A stretch of 63,036 bases of DNA, counting the filler, from Basidiobolus ranarum (Eukaryota): NCBI GenBank assembly GCA_040143965.1. It is 12 parts of 12 records of this genome, joined end to end, with 100 filler letters (N's around TTAATTAATTAA, not from the genome) between each part and the next. Parts side by side here need not be neighbours in the genome. Positions count along the whole stretch, not along the records: positions 10,546 to 15,716 come from JASJQH010001686.1; positions 15,817 to 20,985 come from JASJQH010001687.1; positions 21,086 to 26,253 come from JASJQH010001688.1; 9 more parts are not named here. One strand, written 5' to 3'. The stretch's first letter is position 1, and each line of letters starts with the position of its first letter. Positions 11,271-23,242 of the stretch are shown here, piece after piece. The notes beneath the pieces were generated by a model that saw nothing but the letters and a program-made list of their open reading frames with translations, had not been told where the DNA came from and ran no database searches. A program made the position numbers and the translations under genes.

Positions 11271-12797
11271 TTATTCAAGCTGTGTTTTTGGCGGTTTCAT
11301 GAAGAATGTAGGAGGAAAGATGGCCACTGGCAGCTCCAGTCCCTTAGTGATATCATAATAGACGTCGCTTGTGACTCCTTTCATTCTAGTGCTGGTTTGA
11401 TTCTTCTCTTTATACGGAAAACTGTCTAATTCAACACCAACACATCTGATAGGGCCAACAATGCTCAGACCAGTCTTTAGCATGATTAGAGGGAGTACAG
11501 TGATGGTGAGGTGACAGTATCCGAGATCTAAGAACTTCAATCTGTTTCCAGAACGAATAATGCTCGTCACCATGGTATTTATAAACGGAGGTGGATTTCC
11601 TACTTCATCACCCAAAGAAAGTGACTCTAATTGTGGACAACGTGAAATCAACCGGGGACCCAAGCGGCAATTGTACACGGTACGACGTAGCTCTAACTTG
11701 GTCAATTTCGGACAATAATCTGATATCACTTCTAAGCCGTTAGGAATATTCATAGATAAATGATTTAATATCAAACGGCGTAACCGTGAGCCTGTAGATT
11801 TGATGAAATCAGTAAGCCCAGTGAGCGTAACGTCAGTTTTAGAAATGTCCATGTCTATAAGTTGTGAGCATTGAGTTATTTGTTGCAGTTTTGAATCATC
11901 TACACCTCGGCAAAATGCCAAGGAAATACATCGTAGAATAGAAAACTTGGTTAGAATACTCAACGAAATCGAATGAAAACTGTATCCATTGAGTTCTAAA
12001 CGCTTTAAGCTGTGTCGATGATTACATAAAAGACTCTCGAGTAGTGTTGTTATGTTTACTGGGACACCCTCCAAAACTAAAGAGCGTAGAGTGTTGGGCG
12101 AGAGCCCTTTCAGCAGTCTCCCAAGCACCTGTGTAAAATCTCCTTTGGAGAAACGTACGCGGATGTGTAAAGAGGAAAGTCGAGGAGTCACTTGATAGAT
12201 ACCATCCAGATGCTCAGGACATAGTGTATTATCACCATTCAGCCAGTCTAAAGAAACATCTTCCAAAACAGTATAGATGGTTGAGTTATCGATGAAACCT
12301 TCCAGGGGAAAGCAGCCATCCCAAACGAGCTGTCTGAGATTTGAACTGGCGTACCGTCTTTGATAAATTTTCCACAAGACTCTAAGTTCAGACATTGTAT
12401 GTATTCTGATGCCAACAGAATGTACCGAATCACCAGATAACAGCAATTGTACAAGCTGATTAAAAGAGCTCAAGTCAATGCTATTCACTAAACTAAGATA
12501 GTTGGTAGTCAGAGGGCCAAGAGAGCTGACGTTTAATAGGCTTTCCAATTCCTCAGAGGGTTGAAGTTCCGGGTAAATGCAGGCATACCAAACACGCAAT
12601 AATTGAAGGGCCCGTTTTTGGTCCACCGTTCCCAAAGGTAGAATTTTAAAGAATTTGCAAGGATTACGGTACAATATAGCACTGGACATTTTGAACCAAG
12701 ATTTGCTCACGAGACAACAACAAAGTAAAGAATGCATATCATTACAAAGAAACCCCAAAATTTCATAAATACAGTCCATGGACAATAGCATACTCAT
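11271..12797 (-). CDS. F-box / leucine-rich-repeat (RNI-like) protein
   Basis: N-terminal LSMDCIYEILGFL...CCLVSKSW...ILY F-box followed by LxxLxL repeats. Probable ATG at 12797. Confidence 0.85.
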   Translation of the reverse strand: MSMLLSMDCIYEILGFLCNDMHSLLCCCLVSKSWFKMSSAILYRNPCKFFKILPLGTVDQKRALQLLRVWYACIYPELQPSEELESLLNVSSLGPLTTNYLSLVNSIDLSSFNQLVQLLLSGDSVHSVGIRIHTMSELRVLWKIYQRRYASSNLRQLVWDGCFPLEGFIDNSTIYTVLEDVSLDWLNGDNTLCPEHLDGIYQVTPRLSSLHIRVRFSKGDFTQVLGRLLKGLSPNTLRSLVLEGVPVNITTLLESLLCNHRHSLKRLELNGYSFHSISLSILTKFSILRCISLAFCRGVDDSKLQQITQCSQLIDMDISKTDVTLTGLTDFIKSTGSRLRRLILNHLSMNIPNGLEVISDYCPKLTKLELRRTVYNCRLGPRLISRCPQLESLSLGDEVGNPPPFINTMVTSIIRSGNRLKFLDLGYCHLTITVLPLIMLKTGLSIVGPIRCVGVELDSFPYKEKNQTSTRMKGVTSDVYYDITKGLELPVAIFPPTFFMKPPKTQLE

Positions 12798-14202
12798 TTG
12801 ATTTACCAGGAAGAAAATGAAAAAGGCTAAGGGGCCAATTGTAAAAGTGGAAACAAACCGAGGACTAGTTATTCTCTTGACCAAGGAATATCAAGACGTA
12901 GATACACTTACAGTTATTGTAGACCTAGTTGTGGTATGGATAATTGGTAGGGGAGAAGTAACAAAAGATTCGCGACGCTGGGTGTATAATTATGGGACTT
13001 GAGGATTTGAAAGTCCAAGTAATTAGCAGACCAATCGAATGTAGAATGATCATCATATTAGCTGATCCCTCATGTTATATCTGAAATTTGGATTTATGAA
13101 ATCAATTGCTAGCCCAGTAGCAGGGGATTGAAGACGACAAAGAGCCCAACATAAAATACTCTAATAGGGTCCAGTATTGTCACCTGCAATCCCGATGCCT
13201 GCCAAACTCGTTTACATGTTACAACCCGAAAGTGGCCATGCTTGAGATCTGTGAATCATTTGGATATGATTTGGGTATTGGTGGAGATGTAATGGTAATG
13301 GGGTTTTTCAGTATTACCAGACGATGTCTTCCAAACCAACCTTGAGTGAAAATTAGACACCTCGAACTCCTGCAGCTTACCAGTATTTCGTACGACTGCA
13401 CAAATGAAGTCTCCTGAGTTTCACACCCTAAAGCAGTTGAGGGGGTTTGGGGGCAGAGTTGAGCACTCTTCTATGTTCCTTCAACCCCTCCCCCAATGCT
13501 TCCCAACACACATGACCATGAATGATTTCCTGCTGGTCTATATATATTATCAGAACTACCATTTTGGGGTTTACAAAGTATTTGAAGGAAAATTTGTAGT
13601 GTGTCGCTCTATTTGGCAGAAATCGAGATGAGGTTTGAGCTAGGATCACCAATCTGTGAGTGAATTAACCTGGGTAAAGATCCACGATAAAGCTAGGCTC
13701 GCTATTCGACGATCTAGATGCTGCAGTGCCCGTTTGTATTGGGTCATGGCACTATGCAAGATGTTAAGCATGTTACTAACCTCCGGATACGATTTGGAGA
13801 GTTACCTTGCAGTTTCATTCAAAATGGAATCATCTAAATATAGCAGTTGAAGCTGCCTATTTTTGAGGCAAGATTTGTATGAATAAACGAATTTCGAGCT
13901 ACGTGAGGCCGCGTGCGGCAGAGATATTTCTCGTTGCGAAATTTTCGGAATCATACACCAACATGAACAGTATCTTGAAAAAATACACACTTAAATTACA
14001 GAAGCTATTATAAGTAATATCTTTGATCAGTAGATTCTCTTTTCTTATTTGCTATTTGAGGTAATACTACGATAAAAATCTTCACAGATAGGATGGATTC
14101 ACTATCGACTGAAAAGTGTACACTTTTTTGTGCAAAAAAAACCTCTCAAGCTGTGCTTTAATATTATTTCTTTTTGCTAGTATCACTTTTGCCCAATAGA
14201 CC

Positions 14203-15489
14203 ATGGTTGCTCAACGTCTGGAGACCAATATAGTATCTACTAATAACGATTCCAATGCTGAAGCTGGAAAGAACTCTCAACCACACTGGCGACATCGTAG
14301 ACCGAGGCCTAGAAAAGATATAGAGCTTAAAAACAAGTCCTCGGATATACCCATTCTCACTCCCAATACCGATATCGATACCGAGACTAAGGATAAAAAG
14401 GATGTCGAACAATGTTTCATCTGCACTGAACCAATTTCTTGCTACGCTGTTGGCGTTTGTAACCATCGAACCTGTCATTTATGTTCCTTGCGTTTAAGAG
14501 CTTTATACAAAAATCCTGCTTGCGGATATTGTAAGGTAAGGTAACAGAATGGAAGACCGATCAAGATTTGTTTGTGCTCTAAGTTAACCGACTTAATATT
14601 ATTGTATAGACTGAGCTCACTTCGGTTGTATTTACCAAAGATCCCAATAGAACTTTTGAAAGTTTTAACTTGAGAGAGTTGCCAGCTGGTGATGAGAAAA
14701 CTTCGGTTTATTTCGAGACCCAGGAATTATGTGACGAAACCATGATTATTCTACGCTTCAATTGCCCTGACAGCAATTGCGACTTCCATGCTGACAATGG
14801 ATGGAAAGAGCTAAAGGAACATGTAAAAACTGTGCACCAGCGGTCTCTATGGTTAGTCTGTTGAACATTCATAATTTAATCTATTGAAATACCGCTAATT
14901 TTTCTTGGATATTTTAGTGATATTTGTATCAAACACAAGAAAATATTTTCCCATGAACATACGCAATTTACACGTGCACAATTACAAAGACATATGACAG
15001 TTGGTGACTCTAGAGATCCTAATAATACTACCGGTTTTAAAGGGCATCCCGAATGCCACTTTTGTAGAATATCGTTTTATGACGGTGACCAGCTGTTTGA
15101 ACATTGTCGTGACAAGCATGAACAATGCCATATTTGCATTCGTGATGGAAGTGGTCGAAACGATTACTACACTAATTATGACACTCTTGAGCAGCATTTC
15201 CTCAAGGATCATTTCCTGTGTTCGGACCGAGAATGTTTGAACAAGAAGTTTGTCGTCTTCAAGTCGGATATTGATCTCAAGGCTCATGTGGTATGTGAAT
15301 AATTTTAACCAAATCTCCATCCAAACAGCGCTATTAATGCTTTGGATATGATCGGAACAAGGTTCAAGAGCATAGAGGTGTAGCTAGTCAGAGAGCTCAA
15401 ATAAGGCAGACTAGACAGATCGAGGTCAATTTTACTTATTCAGACAATAATAGACACCGCGGTCGGGATCGTGGCCAGGAAAACTCCCG
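14203..15489 (+). CDS. HEL2: ZNF598/Hel2 RING E3 ligase, 5' part (exons 14203-14535, 14610-14851, 14918-15290, 15362-15489), interrupted by a repeat
   Basis: RING CFIC..CNHRTCHLCSLRLRALYK..CGYCK and C2H2 fingers GFKGHPECHFC...HEQCHIC. All three introns are GT-AG and keep the frame. Confidence 0.9.
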
Positions 15490-15716
15490 TGTGAATAGTA
15501 ACAAGAGTCAGCTATTTGCCAAGTGTCAGTGCTATTCAAAATTTCAGATGTTTAGCAATTTTTCCACCGTTAGTTTGCTGGTAAAGCATATTGATGTTGT
15601 TGAGTTATGTCTAATCAGTCAAATATGTGCATATGTAGAGACTAAACACAATGAGATTCTTGTATTTTTTGATTCTCATTATGGCTGGAATACAAAGCCT
15701 AAAATATCTAAATAAA
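15490..15716 (+). mobile_element. Unclassified dispersed repeat (starts TG, LTR-like) fused into HEL2 exon 4
   Basis: Near-identical to 52729-52955. Both copies start at the same TGTGAA(T/C)AGTAAC boundary with unrelated left flanks. Confidence 0.75.
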
Positions 15717-15816
15717 NNNNNNNNNNNNNNNNNNNNNNNNNNNNNNNNNNNNNNNNNNNNTTAATTAATTAANNNNNNNNNNNNNNNNNNNNNNNNNNNN
15801 NNNNNNNNNNNNNNNN

Positions 15817-16660
15817 ATATCTTTGACATCTACAGTGATACAGACTGGGGAAGAAACCTTGATGATAGAAGATTAACAACTAGATAAACTTTTCTCTATG
15901 ATAATGGAGCCATAACTTGGAATAGTAAGAAGCAACCAACCATAGTACCTTCCACTACAGAAGCAGAGTATATGGCTGCCTTTGCTACTACACAAGAAGC
16001 TATGTGGTTAAGGAAGTTACTTACAGACTTACAATACATGCAAAAATATGCTATTACTGTATTTGAAGATAATCAAAGATATATGTGATTAGCTAAAAAC
16101 CCTACATCTCATGCTAGAACAAAACACATGGATATTGCACATCATTTGGTTAGAGAAGCAATAGAGAATGATATAATTGAACTTGTCTACTGCCCTGCTA
16201 AAGAAAGGATAGCTGATATCTAAACCAAACCTTTAGCTAAAGGACAATTTGAAATATTAAGATATAAGTTAGCTTTAAGAGAAATAAAAATGACTGGTTG
16301 AGTGGGAATGTTGAAATTAGGTAAATAGCAACTCATTATTTAGTTGTTAGTTTATTCATATTCTGATTATTTAGCACTCAATTCTGTCATTCAAAAATAT
16401 GCGTTTATTGCTCTAATTGATAGAAATATCAATTGGATCACCTTAACCAATTTTCACTATTTTCTCAAAACTTCTCCTAATCACCTCAAATTTTCTCCCA
16501 TGCTTAACAGACATGTTTGTTAAGATCTAAGCATGTTCAATAGTGCTATTTCATACTAAACTATAAATAGGATATATTCAATTCAACAAAACTTAAGTGT
16601 CTAATTCACAAATCTTAATCTTGACCAAAACACTTCCCAATCCCCTAAACACTTTTATCA
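15817..16660 (+). mobile_element. Ty1/copia family B remnant: RNase H, PPT, 3' LTR (16309-16660)
   Basis: YSDTDW...WNSKKQPT...STTEAEY motifs with stops, PPT TTGAGTGGGAA, and a 352-bp TG...CA LTR. Confidence 0.92.
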
Positions 16661-17331
16661 CACAAGAAGCTATGTGGTTAAGGAAGCTATCTACAGACTT
16701 AGGATACATGCGAAATCATGCTATTATTGTATTTGAAGATAATCAAAGTGGTTTTTCATTAGCTAAAAACTCAACATTTCATGCTAGCACAAAACATATA
16801 GATATCAGGCATCATTTTGTTAGAGAATCATAAGAAAATTATATAAATGAACTTTTCTATTGCCCTAATGAAGAACTGATAACAGACATCTTAACCAAAC
16901 CTTTAGCTAAAGCACAGTTTGAATTATTAAGATATCAGTTAGATTAAAGAGAAATACAAAATAATTAGTTGAGTATGAATGTTGAAAGTAGGTAAATAGC
17001 AACTCATTATTTAGTAGTTAGTTTATTCATAATCTGATTATTGAGCACTCAATTTGGTCATTCAAAAACATGTGCTTATTGCTCTAATTGATGGAAATAT
17101 TAATTAGCTCACATTTACCAATTTTCACTATTATCTCAAATCTTCTCAAAATCACTTCAAATTTTCACCCATGCTTAACAGGCATGTTTGTTATGATCCA
17201 AGTATGTCCAATAGACTTATTTCATAGTATACTTTATATAGTACATATGCAATTTAATAAAACTCAAGTGTTGAATTCACAAATCTAAATCTTGTCCAAA
17301 ACACTTCTAAGTCCCCTAAACACTTTTTTCA
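16661..17331 (+). mobile_element. Second copia family B remnant: RNase H 3' half plus LTR (16980-17331)
   Basis: EAMWLRKL...EDNQS...KHIDIRHHFVRE and a second 352-bp LTR-B. Confidence 0.9.
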
Positions 17332-17399
17332 AATAGGACCAGAGTGTAGATGGCAAGTTCAATGTTACATGATCAAACGTGAGATTATCAATTTTGGGC

Positions 17400-17700
17400 T
17401 GAATCTGTCTCCCTGCTGTCTATATCAAAAATAGACGCCCAACAAGATGGCTACAAAATTCTTGTCTATTTGAAGCTCTATATGGATCAAAACCAAGTGT
17501 GGATCATCTCAGGATTTTTGGTTGCACAGCATATTGCCCATTTCCAGCACCAAAACCCTCTTAATTTGATCTTGAAAGCCCAAAATGCACATTCCATGAT
17601 TTCGGTGAAGGATCTAAGGCCTGTTGACTGTTGACACAAAAATCAGAAGTTAATTAAGTGCAGAGATGTGTTTTTTGATGAAAAAGCAAGCTTTTCCTCT
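17400..17700 (+). mobile_element. Copia integrase C-terminal remnant
   Basis: FEALYGSKPSVDHLRIFGCTAY motif, with frameshifts. Confidence 0.7.
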
Positions 17701-17849
17701 TATATCACAGTTCTTGATCCAGAAAACACAATCAGCACTATTCAGGAAGTGTCTGACAAATTCCAGCTGTATTGGAGCCCTATTTGACCAAAATATCACT
17801 TCTAAGTACATTAGAGGATAATTCAGGACCCAGAAGATCATCCAGAAGG

Positions 17850-19885
17850 AAAAATGAATCAGGAAACTGGTGGAACACTTCCATTGATGATGTATATGCC
17901 TATGCAGCATTCTGTTAGCTTGTTCAGAGAGGCCAGGTGTTGGATAAACATCCAAATGTAGCACTCTTCCATCTGGTGTGCTTGGTTCCATGGTGAAATT
18001 AAGTGTTTTTGCCAGTATATCTTACTGTGGAAATGCAGATCTTTATAATGGTGGGAAGAATTCTGTAAGTGGGACAGTAGAGCCAAAACCCACTGGCTCC
18101 TTTGGTTTTCCCTTTGGTTTACTAACTTTCTGCTCCCTGAGTACTTCTTTAGCTGCTTTTCTTTCTTTTCCAAGTTGATAATTGTATACATTTGTGAGAT
18201 ACTTCATGAATATGCCTACACTAGCCCAATTGCCATTTGCTTACAGAAACCCAGGATAAGCTACATGAAATAAATCAAGAACCTTTGGAGTAATGCCATG
18301 ATTTTGGTTTTTCCACAATTGGCTCAAATCCAGGAGATCTTGGGTAAGATTCCACACAGTTTCCAAAATGTTAAATCACTCATCATCAGAGCAAGTGATA
18401 GCAGCTCTGATATTCAGAGTCTTTTGGTTTGCCAGTTTTCCTATGAGATTTCTACTTTCATGTGCCCAAGTAATTTCCGGTTGTTGTGTACGCTTGATAG
18501 TCCAATGCATACTCTGCTCCGCTACATTGTCATGGTAACAATCATATATATGGTGTGGGATTGATTGAAATTCTGCATGAGAATGGATGGAGGGAGCAGC
18601 ATGTTGCTGTAGCTCATGTACAGCATTTTGAAGGTCTTATATCAATGTTGAGTGCCCCTCTAATTGTTGACTGGTTGCTTCCAAAACACTGTATTAATTG
18701 AAATATTGTGGTGTTATTGCTTGTCATGCCTGTATAGTAACTTTATATTTTTTACTTATGGTTGCATACAAATCATTACTGTGCTCTGCCTGCAGTTCCC
18801 TTGTTGTAATAATTCTATCCAAAATTTCTATTGAGGGTTGTTCAATAGTAGGCAAAGTAGCCATTGTGGAAGCTGATGGTCTTGATGGTGTTTTAGTTGA
18901 ACTTTGCTCCACTACTGATTTACCATGTAATTATGGGATTACAATCTCTTCACTTGCACTTTTGCTGGAAAGGAACACATCTGGTAAATTGGGTAATGCT
19001 TCATCCTTACTTGAGTTGGTTTCTGACATGTTCATGCCTTTCAGAGTTGAAAGTGGATTGCTAGACTGCACATCAATTAAGTCATCTGTTCTTGTTGGTT
19101 TTTTTCCTTTGGTGCCATCAGGCTTTGGCATGGAAGCCAATTTTGATATAGATTTTGAATTCTTTTTAAATGGCATTAAAAATTTTCAGATTGTAACTTT
19201 GCGTAATGAAATTGCTTAGAAACAGCTTATAATAAACCCAAATTTTAAACTAATACTTGTAATTTCTTGTAGATCCCCTGGTGACTCATCTGTAACACCA
19301 TCTCAGAATCAGCTGATGATATTGATGGGCTATACCTAAAATACCACCCTTACATAGGAGGTGTTCCTTATCTACAATATCCTTCACATGCCACAACACA
19401 AACATTCAAAGAAGCCCTGCAATTATTGTCACATATTCCTGTGCTATGAAAGCCAGAGGCTTCATAAAAAAAAATTACAAGCACAGTCACTGTACAAATC
19501 CGGCAACTGCACCAAGCCTGGTGAAAATCAACAGTAATAAGTGCACTAAATCAACTGTTTGCATGCAATTGGCAATCACTGAATCAAGTAAATAGTGGTC
19601 CTATTTTGCTTACATACCATTGATTCCCCATCTTATATTTTTGAGGAAATCACCCAAATATAGATCATTGATCCAATACCAAAGTACTCACTGTAAAGCT
19701 GATGGTATTAGTGATATACTTGATGGATATCACTACTAAATCTGAAAAGTCAAGGTTTCTTTGAGAACACATATGATCATGCATATGCATTGGCTATGGA
19801 TGGTCTCTCATTAAGCAAATCTGCCATTGGAAGGGCTTGCTGGCCAATAATTTCAATTAACTTAAATCTTCCTCCTTCTGAACTC
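17850..19885. mobile_element. CACTA/CMC-like DNA transposon remnant (accessory gene on -, transposase fragment on +); boundaries approximate
   Basis: CWPIISINLNLPPSE transposase motif near 19840 matches ~23440. 17930-18660 is the inverted homologue of ~24970-25710. Confidence 0.65.
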
Positions 19886-20985
19886 CTTGAAACTTATTGT
19901 GGGTGAACTTTGAGAAATGCCCAAGTCTTTGAGCAGCTTCCTTAACCACATAGCCTCCTTTGTTGTATGTGATGATGCCATATACTCTGCTTCAGTTGTA
20001 GAAAGTGCTATGGTGGGTTGTTTCTTGCTATTGCAACATATGCTTACTTCACTATAAAGAAAGGAATATCCAGTGATAGATCTTTTGTCCTCAATATCAC
20101 ATCCCCCATCTACATCACTAAGCCCATTTAAGCACCTTATTCTCATGAAAATATGTGCATCTTAATACCATATCAGTTGTCCCCTTCAGATATCTGCAAA
20201 TCCACTTTACTGCTGCATAATGCTCAGATCCTGGGCTATGCACAAATTGGCTAACTACTCCTACTCAAGAGAGATATCCGGCCAGGTTCCAGTCATTGCA
20301 TAGATCAAACTACCAACCACAGATTGATAAGGGAACTCAGGGCTTTCAAAAGACATATTTTGAGCCATATTTGGCCGATTTTTATGATTTTTGATGGGAT
20401 TTTCAACTAGTTTGACATCTGGATCCTGTTGAAATTAGATAAATAGCAACTCATTATTTAGTAGTTAGTTTATTCATATTCTGATTATTTAGCACTCAAT
20501 TCTGTCATTCAAAAATGCGTATTTATTGCTCTATTTGATAGAAATATCTATTAGATCACTTTTACCAATTTTTACTATTTTCTCAAAACTTCTCCAAATC
20601 ATCTCAAATCTTCATCCATGCCTAACAAGCATGTTTGTTATGATCTAAGCACATCCAATAGTGCAATTTCATAGTAAACTATAAATAGGACATATTCAAT
20701 TCAATAAAACTTAAGCGTTTAATTCACAAATCCAAATCTTGTCCAAAACACTTCCGAATCCCCTAAACACTTTTATCAGATCCATGGGAGTTGCTACTGG
20801 CTTACAATTCTCCATCTTGTAACATCTGAGAATGTCTGAGATGTATTTAGATCAACTCAGAGTAATTGATTTGCTCAATATATATGTATGGATCTGCAGG
20901 CCTAAAAAATATGTAAGTTCACCTAAATCAGTCATCTTGAATTGGACTGAAAGATCTCTTTTGGTATTCCTGAGAGCTTCATCAT
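19886..20985 (-). mobile_element. Copia RT/RNase H remnant interrupted by a solo LTR-B
   Basis: SKKQPTIALSTTEAEY and PYQSVVGSLIYAMTGT motifs. Confidence 0.85.
20427..20778 (+). mobile_element. Solo LTR-B (352 bp) with perfect 5-bp TSD GATCC
   Basis: TG...CA termini, with GATCC at 20422-20426 and 20779-20783. Confidence 0.95.
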
Positions 20986-21085
20986 NNNNNNNNNNNNNNN
21001 NNNNNNNNNNNNNNNNNNNNNNNNNNNNNTTAATTAATTAANNNNNNNNNNNNNNNNNNNNNNNNNNNNNNNNNNNNNNNNNNNN

Positions 21086-23242
21086 GATTTAGCAAAACAG
21101 TTCTGGGCTGAATTGGTTGCAACTGCAGTATATTTTAGGAATAGATATCCATCTAGGGCTCTATTGGTTATGACCCCCGTGCAAGCTTTGTTTGGAAGTA
21201 AACCTGATGTGCCTAATCTTGTAGTTTTTTGGAACTACCATATATGCAATGAATCCTGGCCAGACAAGATCAAAATTATACTGAAAAAGCCAGCAATGTC
21301 ATTATTTTGGGATATTGTGATGGAACAAAGGGTATAGACTACATGACACTGAGTATAAGAGGCTAATCAAGTCAAGGGATGTGGAATTTGCTGAAGAAGA
21401 AAAATGTTCAATCAAAACAATCCAGGATCAAGAAAAACAACCAAAACTAATGAAAATTCTATTTATCTCACCAGATCCTGAGCAGTGAGAAAAACAATGC
21501 AAATCCCTCATCTACAGTCTCCTCAACAGAGCCTGAGATGATGTCATTGCTTAAATTAGTACCAGAAGTTGTAGTGCCAGTTTCCCATCTAGGAGATCCA
21601 ATTGGATGAGATCTCCACCTGACTACTAATCTGACACTAGCCGAAATGAGCCTAGTGCAAATTTAGCCTTTCCTGAAGATCCCAAATCAGTACAAAAGAT
21701 TATGGAGAGTCCTGACACCAATTTTGGGAGTGCTGCAATGTATCAGTCACTCATAGATAACCAAACTTGGACTTTGGTTAAGTTACCTGATGACCAAAAA
21801 GAAATTGGATGCAAATGGTTGTTTAAAGTTAAACAGCAAGCTGATGGATCTGTCAAATGATATAAAGCTAAAATCGTGGCTAAAGAATACTCTTTTTCAA
21901 ATGGGGACTTGGAAGAGGATATATACATGGAGGAACCAGATGGTTTGTGTACCTTGGGAACCCTGAGGATGTGTGTAAGCTATATAAATCACTTTATGGA
22001 CTTAAAGAATCATTCTGGGTCTGGTACACTAAGTTAGACACATACTTGGAATCACTTGATTTCCAAATGAGTATGGTGATTTTGGGATCTACTTTAAGAC
22101 CAATGAGGACTGTAAGGTAATACTTGCCTTATAGGTAGATGTTTGGATTATAGCTATCAATAATGATGAAGCTCTTAGGAATACGAAAAGAGATCTTTCA
22201 GTCCAATTCAAGATGACCAATTTAGGTGAACTTATTTATTGTAAAGGTCTGCAGATCCATACATATATATTGAGTAAATCTAGTACTCTGAATCAATCTA
22301 AATACATCTCAGACATTTTCAGATATTTGATGGGGCCAATTGATCTGGGTTAAGATATACATATTCTTATGAGAATAAGGATCTAATTGGGCTTAGTGAG
22401 GCAGATTGGGGATGTGATATTGAGCACAGAAGAGCTATCACTGGATAAACCTTTCTCTATAGTGAAGCAGCCATATCTTGGAATAGCAAGAAACAACCTA
22501 CCTCAGCACTTTCAATAATTGAAGCAGAGTACATGGTGGCATCACATACAACAAATGAGGCTATGTGGTTAAGGAAATAGTTCAAAGACTTGGGCATTTG
22601 GCAAGGCTCACCTACAATAATTTTCAAGAATAATCAAAGTTGTGTTTCTTTAGCTAAAGATCAAAATTTCATGCTAGAACTAAGCACATTGACATTTGAC
22701 ATCACTTGGTTAGGGAAGCAATTGAGAATAATCATGTCTGATTTGAGTACTGCCCAACTGGGAACATGATTGCTGACATCCTTACCAAACCATTACCCAA
22801 GCTAAAGTTTGATGAATTAAAAATTAAGTTAGGAATAAGATATATAAATATTTAGTTGAGTGGGAGTGTGAGGTTTATTTGCTTTATTATGTTTGATATC
22901 TCTATCTGTACACACCTAACTATTTCATATATCACATATAAGATAGCTAAGATTACTTAGTTAAATAGCACTTAACTGTAAATTGGAACATCTCTATGTA
23001 TACATGTGAATAATGTGAGAAATAGCAATTCAATATTGGAAATATAAAACTCATCCAAATTGCCCCAATGATAGCTCATTTTACTCCCACAGATGTTCTG
23101 AACCCAGCCCCAGTGTTAGTTTTTGGTATTTCCATCAAGATGTATAAATGCTTCATTTTTGGAAAATAAATAATTATCTCACAAAGGTATTCACAACTCC
23201 ACTTTTCTCAAGTTCCTCCAAACATCTTATATTTTCCCAATA
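21086..23242 (+). mobile_element. Ty1/copia family C remnant: integrase, RT, RNase H, PPT, 3' LTR-C (22867-23242)
   Basis: FWAELVATAVY (IN), IGCKWLFKVK (RT) and WNSKKQ (RH) in copia order. The LTR matches 58014-58392 in reverse. Confidence 0.9.

Noticed and set aside
13219-13990. Coding-like fragments between the F-box gene and HEL2
   Set aside because: Multiple stops and no recognisable family.
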